Assembly: GCF_004010195.1 (NCBI RefSeq)
Contig: NC_057757.1
Span: 8,080,458-8,102,373 of the forward strand
Direction of reading: 5' to 3'
Origin: Chiloscyllium plagiosum
Lineage: Eukaryota
DNA: 21,916 nt
Shown here: piece by piece, positions 1 to 11,187 of the stretch
Layout of the letters: every line of letters begins with the position of its first letter
How positions within the stretch are numbered: the stretch's first letter is position 1
Translations under genes and position numbers: made by a program
The notes under the pieces: generated by a model
Databases searched by the model: none
What the model was told of the DNA's origin: nothing
Seen by the model: only the letters and a program-made list of their open reading frames with translations

Positions 1-74
1 TCAAGCAGACTTGACCTCTCCTTTCCCATTATTGTTTATCAGATAACAGCTTGAACCAAGCAAAGATAGAGCTA

Positions 75-855
75 ACGTAACAAATGCTGGTGACACCCAT
101 TAGGTCTGACAGCGTTTACGGAGAGACAAACAGAGTTAATGAGTTGAATCTAGTGTGGCCAGAAGTGGAAGGGATTGGAATTGTTTTAGTTTTTACATTT
201 GACAGACAGGGAAGAGGAGAACAGATGGTGTGGAGGCTCATTGTGAAAAACAAAGGGTCAGGAAACAGCGACGGAAGAGAAATCGAGATGGTAAATGGGT
301 GCAACTTAAGATGAGAGAGGATGAAAATGGATCCTGTCCAGTGAGAACAAAACTAACAAGATAAGGCACACACAGCATGACGTCGGGCCCTGACATAGAA
401 CATAGAACATAGAAAAGTACAGCACAGAACAAGTCCTTAGGCCCACGATGTTGTGCCGAGATTTTATCCTAATGTACAATACAGTAACTTAATTCACAGC
501 TCTCCATGTGTGTATCCAGCAGTCGCTTAAATGTCCCTAATGACTCTGCTTCCACCACCACCGCTAGCAAAGCATTCCATGCTCTCACAACTCGCTGCGT
601 AATGAACCTACCTCTGATGTCTGCTTTATACCTTCCTCCTAATATCTTCAAACTATGACTTCTCGTACCAGTCAATCCTGCCCTGGGGAAAATCTCTGGC
701 TATTGACTGATCTATACCTCTCATTATTTTGTATACCTGTGGGGTTTAATGTTGAGCCCTGTAGGCTGGCATGTGTCTCAGTGGAAAATGAGCCTTTCTT
801 GTTTAAGCTTGGCTGGTGCTCTGTTTGAACATTTCAAAAGGCCCAGTTCAGAAAC
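75..855 (-). mobile_element. Decayed Penelope-like retroelement 3' end (GIY-YIG C-terminus plus downstream region), interrupted by a CR1 insertion at 393-738
   Basis: Minus strand 855-739 translates to VSELGLLKCSNRAPAKLKQERLIFH*DTCQPTGLNIKPH, resembling the Penelope GIY-YIG C-terminal motif (R.KLEEQ.LIF.LGT.QP.GLN). 80-165 (aaatgctgg...aggtctgacagc...gagagacaaacagagttaa) resembles the terminal sequence I recall from fish/shark Penelope elements. Left boundary approximate. Confidence 0.65.
393..738 (-). mobile_element. 5'-truncated CR1-clade LINE 3' end
   Basis: ORF 469-675 encodes the CR1 ORF2 C-terminus (TRSHSLK...RFITQRVVRAWNAL...VVEAESLGTFKRLLD); (ACATAGA)n tail repeat at 393-414. Confidence 0.92.
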
Positions 856-1270
856 AGTCTGACAGTAAAGTCATATTTTATGTTATGGGACAGCCCCACT
901 CTTCAGAGAATGCATTAAACTCAATACTTCTGCTCAGAGTATTACAAAACTGAATCCTAGCCCACTGTCCAGGACATGTTAAATCCAGGACTGGCCACAC
1001 ATTTAGACAAATCAAGTCCCCGTCATTTTTTTCATAATTACTGATTGGACAGATCTTATGTGTCTTATGACCAAGCCTTGGCCATTCTATGATAGGTTAG
1101 AACTCTCAGCCATGCAGAGTTTGCAAGGAGATTAATTAAATTGTTTGTGGAGAATAAGCGATGTCAGTTGGAGTGAGTGAAGATGCCTTTTATTTTCCGT
1201 TTGAACAGGCTAACAGTAGTTTTAATGGAGGTTTTAATGTGAAATGCAAGGGCAAGTTTCCATAGGGGCA

Positions 1271-1928
1271 GAAATAGAACACAGACCATAGAACATTACA
1301 GTGTAGTACAGGCCCTTCGGCCCTCGATGTTGCGCCCACCTGTGAAACCAATCTGAAGCCCATCTATCCTGTACTATTCCATTCTCATCCATACGCCTAT
1401 CCAATGACCATTTAAGTGTCCTTAAAGGTGGGGAGTCTCCTACTGTTGCAGGCAGTGTGTTCCACACCCCTGCTACTCTCTGAGTAAAGAAACTATCTCT
1501 GACATCTGACTTATATCTATCACCTCTCGGTTTAAAGCGCTGTCTCCTCGTGCTCGCCATCACCATCTGAGGAAAAAGGCTCTCACTGTCCACCCTATCT
1601 AACCCTCTGATTATCTTATATGTCTCAATTAAGTTGCCTTTTAAACTTCTCTCTAATGAAAACAGCCTCAAATCCCTCAGTCTTTCCTTGTAAGACATTC
1701 CCTCCATACCAAGCAACACCCTGGTCAATCTTCTCTGAACCCTTTCCAATGTTTCCACTTCCTTCCTATAATGTAGTGACCAGAACTGTACGCAATTCTC
1801 CAACTGCAGTCACACCAGAGTTTTGTACAGCTGTAGCATGACCTCATGGTTCCAAAACTCAATCCCTCTACCAATAAAAGCTAACACACCATACGCCTTC
1901 TTACCGACCCTATCCACCTGGGTGGCAA
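1271..1928 (-). mobile_element. 5'-truncated CR1-clade LINE 3' portion
   Basis: ORF 1234-1803: CVQFWS.HYRKEVETLERVQRRLTR...LFSLERS.LKGNLIETYKI...FFTQRVAGVWNTLP; CATAGAA-type tail near 1271-1295. Confidence 0.95.
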
Positions 1929-1997
1929 TGTGCAGAGGCAGAGATCAGCAGTTTAAAGTCATTACCATCAAAGTCCACAGAGTAGATGCAGAGATTT

Positions 1998-4505
1998 ATT
2001 GAGTCATAGAGGTGTACAGCAGGGATACAGATCCTTTGGTCCAACCCATCCAGGCCAACCAGATATCCCAACCCAATCTAGTCCCACTTGCCAGCACCCG
2101 GCCCATATCCTCCAAACCCTTCCTATTCATATACCCATCCAGATGCCTCTTAAATGTTGCAATTGTACCAGCCTCCACCACTTCCTCTGGCAGCTCATTC
2201 CATACACGCACCACCCTTATAGCTCAAATCCTCCAACCCTGGCAACGTCCTTGTAAATCTTTTCTGAACCCTTTCAAGTTTCACAAGTTATGGGCGGCAC
2301 GGCGGCACAGTGGTTAGCACTGCTGCCTCACAGCGCCGGAGACCCGGGTTCAATTCCCGCCTCAGGCGACTGACTGTGTGGAGTTTGCACTTTCTCCCCG
2401 TGTCTGTGTGGGTTTCCTCCGGGTGCTCCAGTTTCCTCCCACAGTCCAAAGATGTGCAGGTCAGGTGAATTGGCCATGCTAAATTGCCCGTAGTGTTAGG
2501 TAAGGGGTAAATGTAGGAGTATGGGTGGGTTGCGCTTCACCGGGACGGTGTGGACTTGTTGGGCCGAAGGGCCTGTTGCCACACTGTAAGTAATCTAATC
2601 TAATCTAATCTAATCGTTCCGATAGGAAGGAGACCAGAATTGCATGCAATATTCCAACAGTGGCTGAACCAATGTCATGTACAGCTGCAACATGACCTCC
2701 TAACACCTGTAGTCAATAGTCTGACTAATAAAGGAAAGCATACCAAACGCCTTCTTCACTATCCTATCTACCTGCGTCTCCACTTTCAAGGAGCTATGAA
2801 CCTGCACTCCAAGGTCTCTTTGTTCAGCAACACTCCCTAGGACCTTATCATTAAGTGTATAAGTTCTACTAAGGTTTGCTTTCCCAAAACACAGCACCCA
2901 GCATTTATCTGAATTAAATTCCATCTGCCACTCTTCAGCCCATTGGCCAATCTGATTAAGTAACCTTCTTTGTTGTCCACTACACCTCCAATTTTGGTGT
3001 CATCTGCAAACTTCCTAACTATACTTCTTATGCTCACATCCACCTCACCTGTGTCTATTGATGATACAAACATCTCAGCAAGAGGCCCAGCAATCACTTC
3101 TCTAGCTTCCCAAAGAGTTCTCGGGTACACCTGATCAGGTCCTGGGGATTTATCCACTTTTCTGCGTTTCATGACATCCAGCACTTCCTCCTCTGTAATC
3201 TGGACATTTTACAAGACATCACCATCTATTTCCCTACAGTCTATATCTTCCATATCCTTTTCCACAGTAAATACTGATGCAAAATATTCATTTAGTATCT
3301 CCCCCATTTTCTGCGGGTCCACACAAAGGTCGTCTTGCTGATCTTTGAGGGGCCCTATTCTCTCCCCAGTTCCCTTTTGTCCTTAATGTATTTGTAAAAA
3401 CCTTTTGGATTCTCCTTAACTCTATTTGCCAAAGCTATCTCATGTCCCCTTTTTGCCCTCCTGATTTCTCTCTTAAGTATACTCCTACTTTCTTTGTACT
3501 CTTCTAAGGATTCACTCGATCTATCCTGTCTATACCTGACATATGCTTCCTTCTTTTTCTTAACCAAACCCTCAATTTCTTTAGTCATCCAGCATTCCCT
3601 ATACCTACGAGCCTTTCCTTTCACCCTATCAGGAATATACTTTCTCTGAATTCTTGTTATCTCATTTCTGAAGGCTTCCCATTTTCCAGCCATCCCTTTA
3701 CCTGCGAACATCTGCCCCTAATCAGCTTTTGAAAGTTCTTTCCTAATACTTTCAAAATTGGCCTTTCTCCAATTTAGAACTTCAACTTTTAAATCTCGTC
3801 TATCCTTTTCCATCACTATTTTAAATCTAATAGAATTATGGTTGCTGGCCCCAAAATGTTCCCCCACTGACACCTCAGTCACCTGCCCTGCCTTATTTCC
3901 CAAGAGTATGTCAGGTTTTGCACCTTCTCTAGTAGGGATATCTGCATACTGAATCAGAAAATTTTCTTGTACACACTTAAGAAATTCCTCTCTATCTAAA
4001 TCCTGAACACTATGGCAGTCCCAGTCTATGTTTGGAAAGTTAAAATCCCCTACCATATCCATCCTATTATTCTTACAGATAGCTGAGATATCCTTACACA
4101 TTTGTTTTTCAATTTCCTTCTGACTATTTGGGCATCTATAATAAGGTGATCATCCTTTTTTTATCTTTCAGTTCCACCCAAAATAACTTTCCTTGATGTA
4201 TTTCCAGGAATATCCTCCCTCAGCACAGCTCTAATGCTATCCATTATCAAAAATGCCACTCCCCCTCCTCTGTTGCCTCCCTTTCTATCCTTCCTGCAGC
4301 ATTTGTATCCTGAAACATTAAGCTGCCTATCCCTGGGCCATGTTCCTAACCATGCCCTGACTTCATCTGTCTTCTCTGTTTGGAGCTTGCAATGAAATAA
4401 ATGAAGTTTAATTCATCACTCTTACCTTGTTCTCAACTTTGTCCCTGCCTGTTTGACTCGCATTTCTTCCCCACTGTACCAGTTTCAGATTGATTTGTTA
4501 CCTGA
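1998..4505 (-). mobile_element. CR1-clade LINE with near full-length but internally deleted, frameshifted ORF2 (APE endonuclease to C-terminus)
   Basis: Endonuclease motifs GDFNFPNIDW, PTREGA..DI.L and SNHN (3718-4101); ENPKGFYKYI linker; KSPGPD..YPR.L; KFADDTK; C-terminal RVWNELPEEVVEAG. Internal deletions near 2215, 3040 and 4337. Interrupted by a SINE at 2292-2615. Confidence 0.93.
2292..2615 (+). mobile_element. Full-length HE1-like (V-SINE) tRNA-derived SINE
   Basis: Pol III A-box-like GGCACAGTGG and B box GGTTCAATTCC (2347-2357); V-domain core (gtggagtttgcac..ctccccgtgtctg..tgggtttcctccggg); CR1-derived tail gggccgaagggcctgtt ending in (TAATC)n. Confidence 0.93.
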
Positions 4506-4514
4506 CTAAGTTGC

Positions 4515-5820
4515 TTGTGTGTGTATGTATGTGTGTGTGACTGTGTATGTGTGTGTGTGTGTCTCTGTACGTCTGTGTGTGTATGCGTACATCTGCGTGT
4601 GTGTCTGTGTGTGTGTGTATGTGTACGTCTGTGTGTGTGCCTGTGTGTATGTTTGTGTCTGTGTGTTTGTGTCTGTGTGTGTATGTGTGTGTGACTGTGT
4701 ACGTCTGTGTGTATACGTACATCTGCGTGTGTGTCTGTGTGTGTGTATGTCNNNNNNNNNNNNNNNNNNNNNNNNNNNNNNNNNNNNNNNNNNNNNNNNN
4801 NNNNNNNNNNNNNNNNNNNNNNNNNNNNNNNNNNNNNNNNNNNNNNNNNNNNNNNNNNNNNNNNNNNNNNNNNNNNNNNNNNNNNNNNNNNNNNNNNNNN
4901 NNNNNNNNNNNNNNNNNNNNNNNNNNNNNNNNNNNNNNNNNNNNNNNNNNNNNNNNNNNNNNNNNNNNNNNNNNNNNNNNNNNNNNNNNNNNNNNNNNNN
5001 NNNNNNNNNNNNNNNNNNNNNNNNNNNNNNNNNNNNNNNNNNNNNNNNNNNNNNNNNNNNNNNNNNNNNNNNNNNNNNNNNNNNNNNNNNNNNNNNNNNN
5101 NNNNNNNNNNNNNNNNNNNNNNNNNNNNNNNNNNNNNNNNNNNNNNNNNNNNNNNNNNNNNNNNNNNNNNNNNNNNNNNNNNNNNNNNNNNNNNNNNNNN
5201 NNNNNNNNNNNNNNNNNNNNNNNNNNNNNNNNNNNNNNNNNNNNNNNNNNNNNNNNNNNNNNNNNNNNNNNNNNNNNNNNNNNNNNNNNNNNNNNNNNNN
5301 NNNNNNNNNNNNNNNNNNNNNNNNNNNNNNNNNNNNNNNNNNNNNNNNNNNNNNNNNNNNNNNNNNNNNNNNNNNNNNNNNNNNNNNNNNNNNNNNNNNN
5401 NNNNNNNNNNNNNNNNNNNNNNNNNNNNNNNNNNNNNNNNNNNNNNNNNNNNNNNNNNNNNNNNNNNNNNNNNNNNNNNNNNNNNNNNNNNNNNNNNNNN
5501 NNNNNNNNNNNNNNNNNNNNNNNNNNNNNNNNNNNNNNNNNNNNNNNNNNNNNNNNNNNNNNNNNNNNNNNNNNNNNNNNNNNNNNNNNNNNNNNNNNNN
5601 NNNNNNNNNNNNNNNNNNNNNNNNNNNNNNNNNNNNNNNNNNNNNNNNNNNNNNNNNNNNNNNNNNNNNNNNNNNNNNNNNNNNNNNNNNNNNNNNNNNN
5701 NNNNNNNNNNNNNNNNNNNGTCTGTGTGTGTGTCTGTGTGTGTGTGTCTGTTTGTGTGTCTGTGTGTGTCTGTCTGTGTGTGTGTCTGTGTCTGTCTGTG
5801 TGTGTGTGTCTGTGTGTATG
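4515..5820. repeat. Compound (TG)n/(TCTGTG)n microsatellite spanning an assembly gap
   Basis: Imperfect TG repeats at 4515-4751 and 5720-5820 on both sides of the N run. Confidence 0.95.
4752..5719. other. Assembly gap (968 N)
   Basis: Run of N. Confidence 1.
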
Positions 5821-5825
5821 GGTAT

Positions 5826-6872
5826 TGTGACGATGCTGTCACTTTTGTCCTTTTTTTTAAGAAGGGTTGTCAAGGCAGAGGTACCGAGAGACTGAGAAGA
5901 TCCGAGTCTAACAATGGCCAGTTGTCCCACTTCCGGTTTATTTTTAGTTTAGGTGAGTTGCAGCAGTCACAAGATGCTGGAATCTAGGAACGTTACAAGA
6001 ATCTGAAAATGATTTCTGACTGACTTTCTTCCTGAAATCTCTCTGGATGGTGTTCCCTCCTGCTTGTCAGAACCTATGTTTGAATTTACCTTTTTGTCAA
6101 GGGGTGTCTTTATGGGAAGTTACTGGGTTAGAACAGCTCCTTAGTTGTCACTGGAACGGGTCAGTTAAGTTTTCCATTGGCTGAGTTATCCTAAATTCCG
6201 TTTAGTTTGTGTTTCAACTGTCGTATTTAAATAAATTCTGTTTTGCTTTAACCGAGTGGTTTGACGAGCTGCAGCACACCTGGAACACCCATTTCACATC
6301 TGTCTTTAAAATAAGAAAAAGTTCGGGTCTAGGCTACCTTCTTCAAATAGTTTGAGGGGGTCTGGCCTCAGACCATAAGACGTAGGAGTGGAAGTAAGGC
6401 CATTTGGCCCATCGAGTCCACTCCGCCATTCAATCATGGCTGATGGGCATTTCAACTCCACTTACCCGCATTCTCACCGTTGCCCTTAATTCCTTGTGAC
6501 ATCAAGAATTTATCAATCTCTGCCTTGAAGACATTTAGCGCCCCGGCCTCCAATGCAATCTGCGGCAATGAATTCCACAGGCCCACCACTCTCTGGCTGA
6601 AGAAATGGTAGCCCTTAATTCCTTGTGACATCAAGAATTTATCAATTTCTGCCTTGAAGACATTTAGCGTCCCGGCCTCCACTGCAATCTGCGGCAATGA
6701 ATTCCACAGGCCCACCACTCTCTGGTTGAAGAAATGTCTCCGCATTTCTGTTCTGAATTTACCTCCTCTAATTCTAAGGCTGTGTCCACGGGTCCTAGTC
6801 TCCTTGCCTAACGGAAACAATTTCTTAGCGTCCACCCTTTCCAAGCCATGTATTACGGCCTGGTCCCTAACA
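5826..6872 (+). repeat. 5' LTR of element A (TGTGA...TAACA), interrupted by CR1 at 6369-6856
   Basis: Starts tgtgacgatgctgtcacttt and ends ggcctggtccctaaca; colinear with 13586-13978 and the reverse complement of 16837-17407; AATAAA at 6230. Confidence 0.88.
6369..6856 (-). mobile_element. 5'-truncated CR1 LINE with an internal 129-bp tandem duplication
   Basis: ORF 6452-6844 encodes the CR1 C-terminus (TRTRGHSLRI...FFNQRVVGLWNSLP, duplicated); flanked by GGCCT (6364-6368 and 6857-6861), a likely TSD. Confidence 0.93.
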
Positions 6873-6875
6873 GAT

Positions 6876-6893
6876 TAAGGGTTCGTCTGGGAT
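6876..6893 (+). promoter_or_regulatory. Degenerate primer-binding site, tRNA-Pro type
   Basis: taagggttcgtctgggat matches TGGGGGCTCGTCCGGGAT (complement of the tRNA-Pro 3' end) at 14/18, all mismatches transitions; lies 3 nt after the LTR end. Confidence 0.8.
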
Positions 6894-6999
6894 TGATTGT
6901 ATAATTCCAATTTGGGTTTAGGGTTGTTCAAAGGCATCGAGTGGTCAGTGTTAGTGTCTTTTGTTCAGGATGTTGAATTTGGTTGGCTCAAACATTGCA

Positions 7000-8600
7000 T
7001 GATGTAGTAACAGCTCTTTCAGTCACAAAGAGTTTTCAGGGAGTGGAAGAAGTGACCTAGAGGGTTTTACAAAAGGTGAGCAAAGCAAAGCTGGTGTTGG
7101 GATTGCCTTCATCTGTGAGAAAAGGAGAGGTAATTATTGAATTGAATTGGATTTATTGTCACATGTACACAGTGAAAAGCTTTGTCTCGCGAGCAATACA
7201 GGCAGATCACAGAGTTACGTAGTATAGATAAGTAAATAATTGGTAAACAGCGGCAAAAACAAAAACACAGGTACAGGCAAATGTTAAGAGTTTGTCAGTC
7301 CATTCAGTATTCTAACAACAGTAGGGTAGAAACTGTTATGAAACCAGCTGGTGCGTGTGTTCAGGTTTCTGTACCTTTTCCCCGATGATAGAGGTTGTAG
7401 AAAAACATTGTCAGGGTGGGATGGATCTTTGAGAATGCTGGAAGCCTTTCCTTGACAGTGGGCCTGGTAGATGGATTCTATAGATGGGAGGTTGGCCTTT
7501 GTGATTGTCCAGGTCGGGTTCACCACTCTCCAACGATAGCTGGACATTTAAATTTGCTGGAAATGCCAATATAGAATATTTGGAAATGGCTAGAATTCAA
7601 TTGCAGATAAAGCAGCTTGATCATAAAAAGGAACTGAAACAGTTGAATTTTGATTAACAGCAGAGGAAAAAGTAATGGAGAGGAAGGGAGAAGAAAGGGA
7701 GAAAGAGGAAGACTCTGAACTTCAGAAATTGGCACTTAGACAGGAAAGTTTGCTTAAAGGGATGGAGGTGAAGGTAAGCTTACTGAGGAAAAAATGTTGA
7801 TGAGCAAACTCATTGTAGCCAAAGGCCTGGTGGGGATCTGTTTAAATACATTGAAGCGTTGCCTAAATTTGATGATAAGGATGTGGAAGTCTTTTTTAAA
7901 AATCTCATTTGAGAACGTGGTGAAGCAAATACAGTGATCAGTGACCATGTGGGTTTTGTTGATCCAAACAACGTTGGGAGGTAGAGCTAGTGACTGGCAT
8001 CACTATCAGAGAAGGTATCTAGGGTGTATCAGGAAGCCATCTTAAGTGCCTATTAGCTTGTGCCAGAAGCCTACAGACAATGTTTCAGGAATCTAAGGAG
8101 GGACCCTGGTCAAACCTACATTGAGTTTGAACGGATCAAACAAAATAATTTTGATCGGTGGATAAGGGCATTAAAAATAGATCAAACATATGACACTCTC
8201 AGAGAGATGGTTATTTTGGAGGAGTTCAAAAATTCACTTCCTGAAGCAGTAAGAAATCATAAGGAAGAGCAGAGAGTTAAAACAGCAAGGTTAGCAACTG
8301 AAATGGCTAATGATTATGAGTTGGTCCATAAATCAAAGGTTGGCTTCCAACATCAATTTCAATCCGAGAGAAATCCTCAGGTCATAAGGGAAACATAGAT
8401 ATCAGTGAAAATAATACAGGTAGTTTACCGCAGGGTGAAAAGGAAACCCTTGAAGGGGACAGAGAAGTTAAAAAGCTCCGGTGTTTTCACTGCAATAATG
8501 TAGGCCACATGAAATCACAGTGTTGGTGGGTTAGGAAATCCATTGGGAAGCCAGATCTGGGAAAACAGGAGAAGCCAGTGAATTTTGTTGGAGTGGTAAC
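7000..8600 (+). pseudogene. gag: gag relic of element A: coiled-coil-like region, SCAN-like domain (8060-8330), CCHC zinc knuckle (8482-8523)
   Basis: PEAYRQCFR...W...LREMVILEEFKNSLP...A..ANDY resembles SCAN; CFHCNNVGHMKSQC is CX2CX4HX4C; stops and frameshifts throughout. Ends approximate. Confidence 0.85.
7136..7530 (-). mobile_element. Rex1/Babar-type non-LTR retrotransposon 3' end inserted in gag
   Basis: LPSIESIY...C..KA..ILKDPSHP...L.SGKRYR...RT...NSFYP...RILN is the Rex1/Babar-like C-terminus; (ATTCA)n tail at 7136-7150. Confidence 0.82.
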
Positions 8601-9384
8601 GGAAAGCAAGTGGAGGCTGGAAAGTTGCACCAGAATGTACAAGCTGCTCGGACGTTGGTTAAGGAGGAAGAGACAGATCTTCTTTAACCATTTACTTGCA
8701 AAGGTAAGGTTTGCTCGCAAAGGCCAGGAGTAGCAAGTTAAAAAAAGTTACAGTATTAAGAGACACAGGATCATGTCAATCTTTGATGTTGATAGATGAG
8801 GAGATATGTACCTCAGAAGGACTATTGCCAAGAAATGTGCGGGCTTCATGGTGAAGCAAGAAGTGCTCCATTGTATATAATGAGGTTAGAGAGTCCAGTG
8901 ACCAATGGAGAAGTGGTGATAGGTACACTGGAAAAACTCTCAGCTCCCGGAAGACAATCTGTCCTTGGCCGTGACACAGCTGGATCACACGTAGCAGTGC
9001 TGCCCACTGTGGTTGAAAAGCAGTGGAAAAACAGGCAACTGAGGTATTACAGGAAGCATATCCTGGGACTTTTTTCAGACTGTGTGGTAAAAAGGTCACA
9101 AAGTCACCAGTTGAAAAAGCAGGAGAAATCAAAGAATCCAGATGAGGAAGTTGAAGTGGAATTATCGGAGACCATGTTTGATCAAATGGTTGAGCCAAAA
9201 CAGAAACAGGTGGAGGACAAAGGGGATAGTTTTAGCTCAGAGAAATTAGCTGATTTACAACAGAAAGATGAAAAATGGAAGCAATTGTATCAAAAAGCAT
9301 ACATGGAAGACAAATCTGAATGCAACTCTGAATGCTACATTCTTAAAATTTAAGTCTTGATGAGGAAATGGAGACCAGTATATA

Positions 9385-9951
9385 CAGGGCAACCTCGATT
9401 ATCTGAATACCACTGATCTGAAAATTGGATTATCCGAAGGAGATCTTGAGGCCCTGATAGAAGCACTACATCAAAGACATGTTTCCAACAGTGATTGCGT
9501 CTTTTGTTATAATGATTAAACAGGCACCGTCTCCAAATGACTCACCTCCCGCCCTCTCACTCTCTCTCTCTCCACACTTTCCCTGGAGATCTACAGAGGT
9601 TTGTACACTACACCCCACAGCGCCACCCCCACAGGTGGGGGGGATTGGGGGGGGGGGGCGGGAGGGGAGGAATTGAATGGTGTGGGGGGATGGGGGTGGG
9701 GGAAGGGGCTGGACGGAGTTGGGTGGTCGGGGGGAAAACGGGGTTGGAATGAGTTGGGGGGAGGGTTGGACGAGAAGGAGGGGCCGGGGCGGGATCTCAC
9801 ACACTGTGTGCTGCTGCTAGTCTCCTGAATGAAGAGCAGACTTTAAAATTCCGAGCCCCAGAGGAAAGGCGTTTAATCGATTTTCCGAATAATTGATTAT
9901 CCAAACGAAATAGTGCCCGCCCATCTCGCTCGGATAATCAAGTTTCCACTG
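9385..9951. mobile_element. Tigger/pogo-like (Tc1/mariner) non-autonomous DNA transposon (MITE)
   Basis: Imperfect TIRs cagggcaacctcgattatctga / tcggataatcaagtttccactg; TA on the left and TG on the right; subterminal GATTATCCGAA-like repeats; interrupts the Gypsy pol frame (MRKWRPV...VHQV); G-rich interior 9630-9795. Confidence 0.82.
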
Positions 9952-9973
9952 TGTTCAAGAAGTTCATCAAGTT

Positions 9974-11187
9974 CAACTGAGGGAATTCTGGGTATGTTTG
10001 CAGATGATACAAAGATAGGTAGAGAGAGACAGGTAGCATTGAGGAGGTGGGGAGGCTGCAGAAAGATTTGGGCAGGTTAGGACAGTGGGCAAAGAAGTGG
10101 CAGATGGAGTACAATGTGAGAAAGTGTGAGGTCATGCACTTTGCTCAGAAGAATAGAGACATGGACATTTTCTAAATGAGGAGAAAATTCAGAAATATAA
10201 ATGTGCAAAGAGACTTGGGAGTTCTCATTCAGGATTCTCTCAAGCTAATTCCCGCCTCAGGCGACTCTCTGTGTGGAGTTTGCACATTCTTCCCGTGTCT
10301 GCGTGGGTATCCTCCGGGTGCTCCGGTTTTCCCCCCCAATCCAAAAAAATGTGCAGGTTAGGTGAATTGGCCATGCTAAATTGCCTGTAGTGTTAGGTGA
10401 AGTGGTAAATGTAGGGTAATGGGTCTGGGTGGATTGCGCTTCGGCGGGTTGGTGTGGACTTGTTGGGCCAAAGGGCCTGTTTCCACACTGCAATCTAATC
10501 TCAGTAAGCTCAGTAAACTTGCAGGTTGAGTTAGTAGTTAGGAAGGCAAAGGTAATGGTGTCATTTACTTTGAATATAAAAGCAAGGATGTATTTCTGAG
10601 GCTCTAGAAGGCTCTGGTCAGATTACTTGGGAGTATTGAGTGCAGTTTTGGGCCCCATATCTCAGGAAGGATGTGCTGACCCTGGAGTTGTTTCAGAGGA
10701 GGTTCATGACCATGGTCCTAGGAATGAAAAGCTCAACATATAAGGAACATTTGAGGACTCTGGGTCTATACTCAATGGATTTTAGAAGGATGAGGGAGGA
10801 TCTAATTGAAACATTCAGAATAACAAATGGCCTGGACAGAGAGGATGTTGGGAAGATGTTTCCATTGGTAGGAGGGAATAGGCCCCGAGGGCACAGCCTT
10901 AGATAAAGGGAAGAGCTTTTAGAATGGAGGTAGGGAGACACTTCTTCAGCCAGAGAGTGGGACATCTTTGGGATTCACTGCCATGGAAGACCGTGGAGGC
11001 CAGGTCATTGAGTATATTTAAGACTGAGAAAGATAGGTTCTTGCGTATTAAGTGGATCCAGGGTTACAGGAAGAAAGCGGGGGAATGGGGGTGAGAAACT
11101 TAGCAGCCATGATTGAGAGGTGGAGTGGACTTAATGAGCTGGATGGCCTAATTTCTGCACCTACATCTTTGGGTCTTATGGTCTTAT
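9974..11187 (+). mobile_element. 5'-truncated CR1 LINE inserted in the integrase of element A
   Basis: FADDTKIG, QFWAPYLRKD..LE..QRRF motifs; (TCTTATGG)n-type tail; AAGTT at 9969-9973 and 11188-11192 as TSD. Confidence 0.93.
10247..10500 (+). mobile_element. 5'-truncated HE1-like SINE nested in CR1
   Basis: Colinear with 2352-2610 (aattcccgcctcaggcgac...gggcctgtttccacactg..aatctaatc). Confidence 0.92.

Noticed and set aside
130..170. Hammerhead ribozyme expected near a Penelope terminus
   Set aside because: The CTGAnGA and GAAAC cores are not present on the minus strand here; at most a dead remnant.
2292..2365. tRNA gene
   Set aside because: A/B boxes belong to a SINE head that continues into the V-domain core and LINE tail.
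4433..5987. Long ORFs of 420-470 aa
   Set aside because: Artefacts of translating (TG)n repeats and the N gap.
8060..8398. Possible host SCAN zinc-finger gene or domesticated gag
   Set aside because: Lies within a decayed LTR element with stops and frameshifts on both sides and no C2H2 array.
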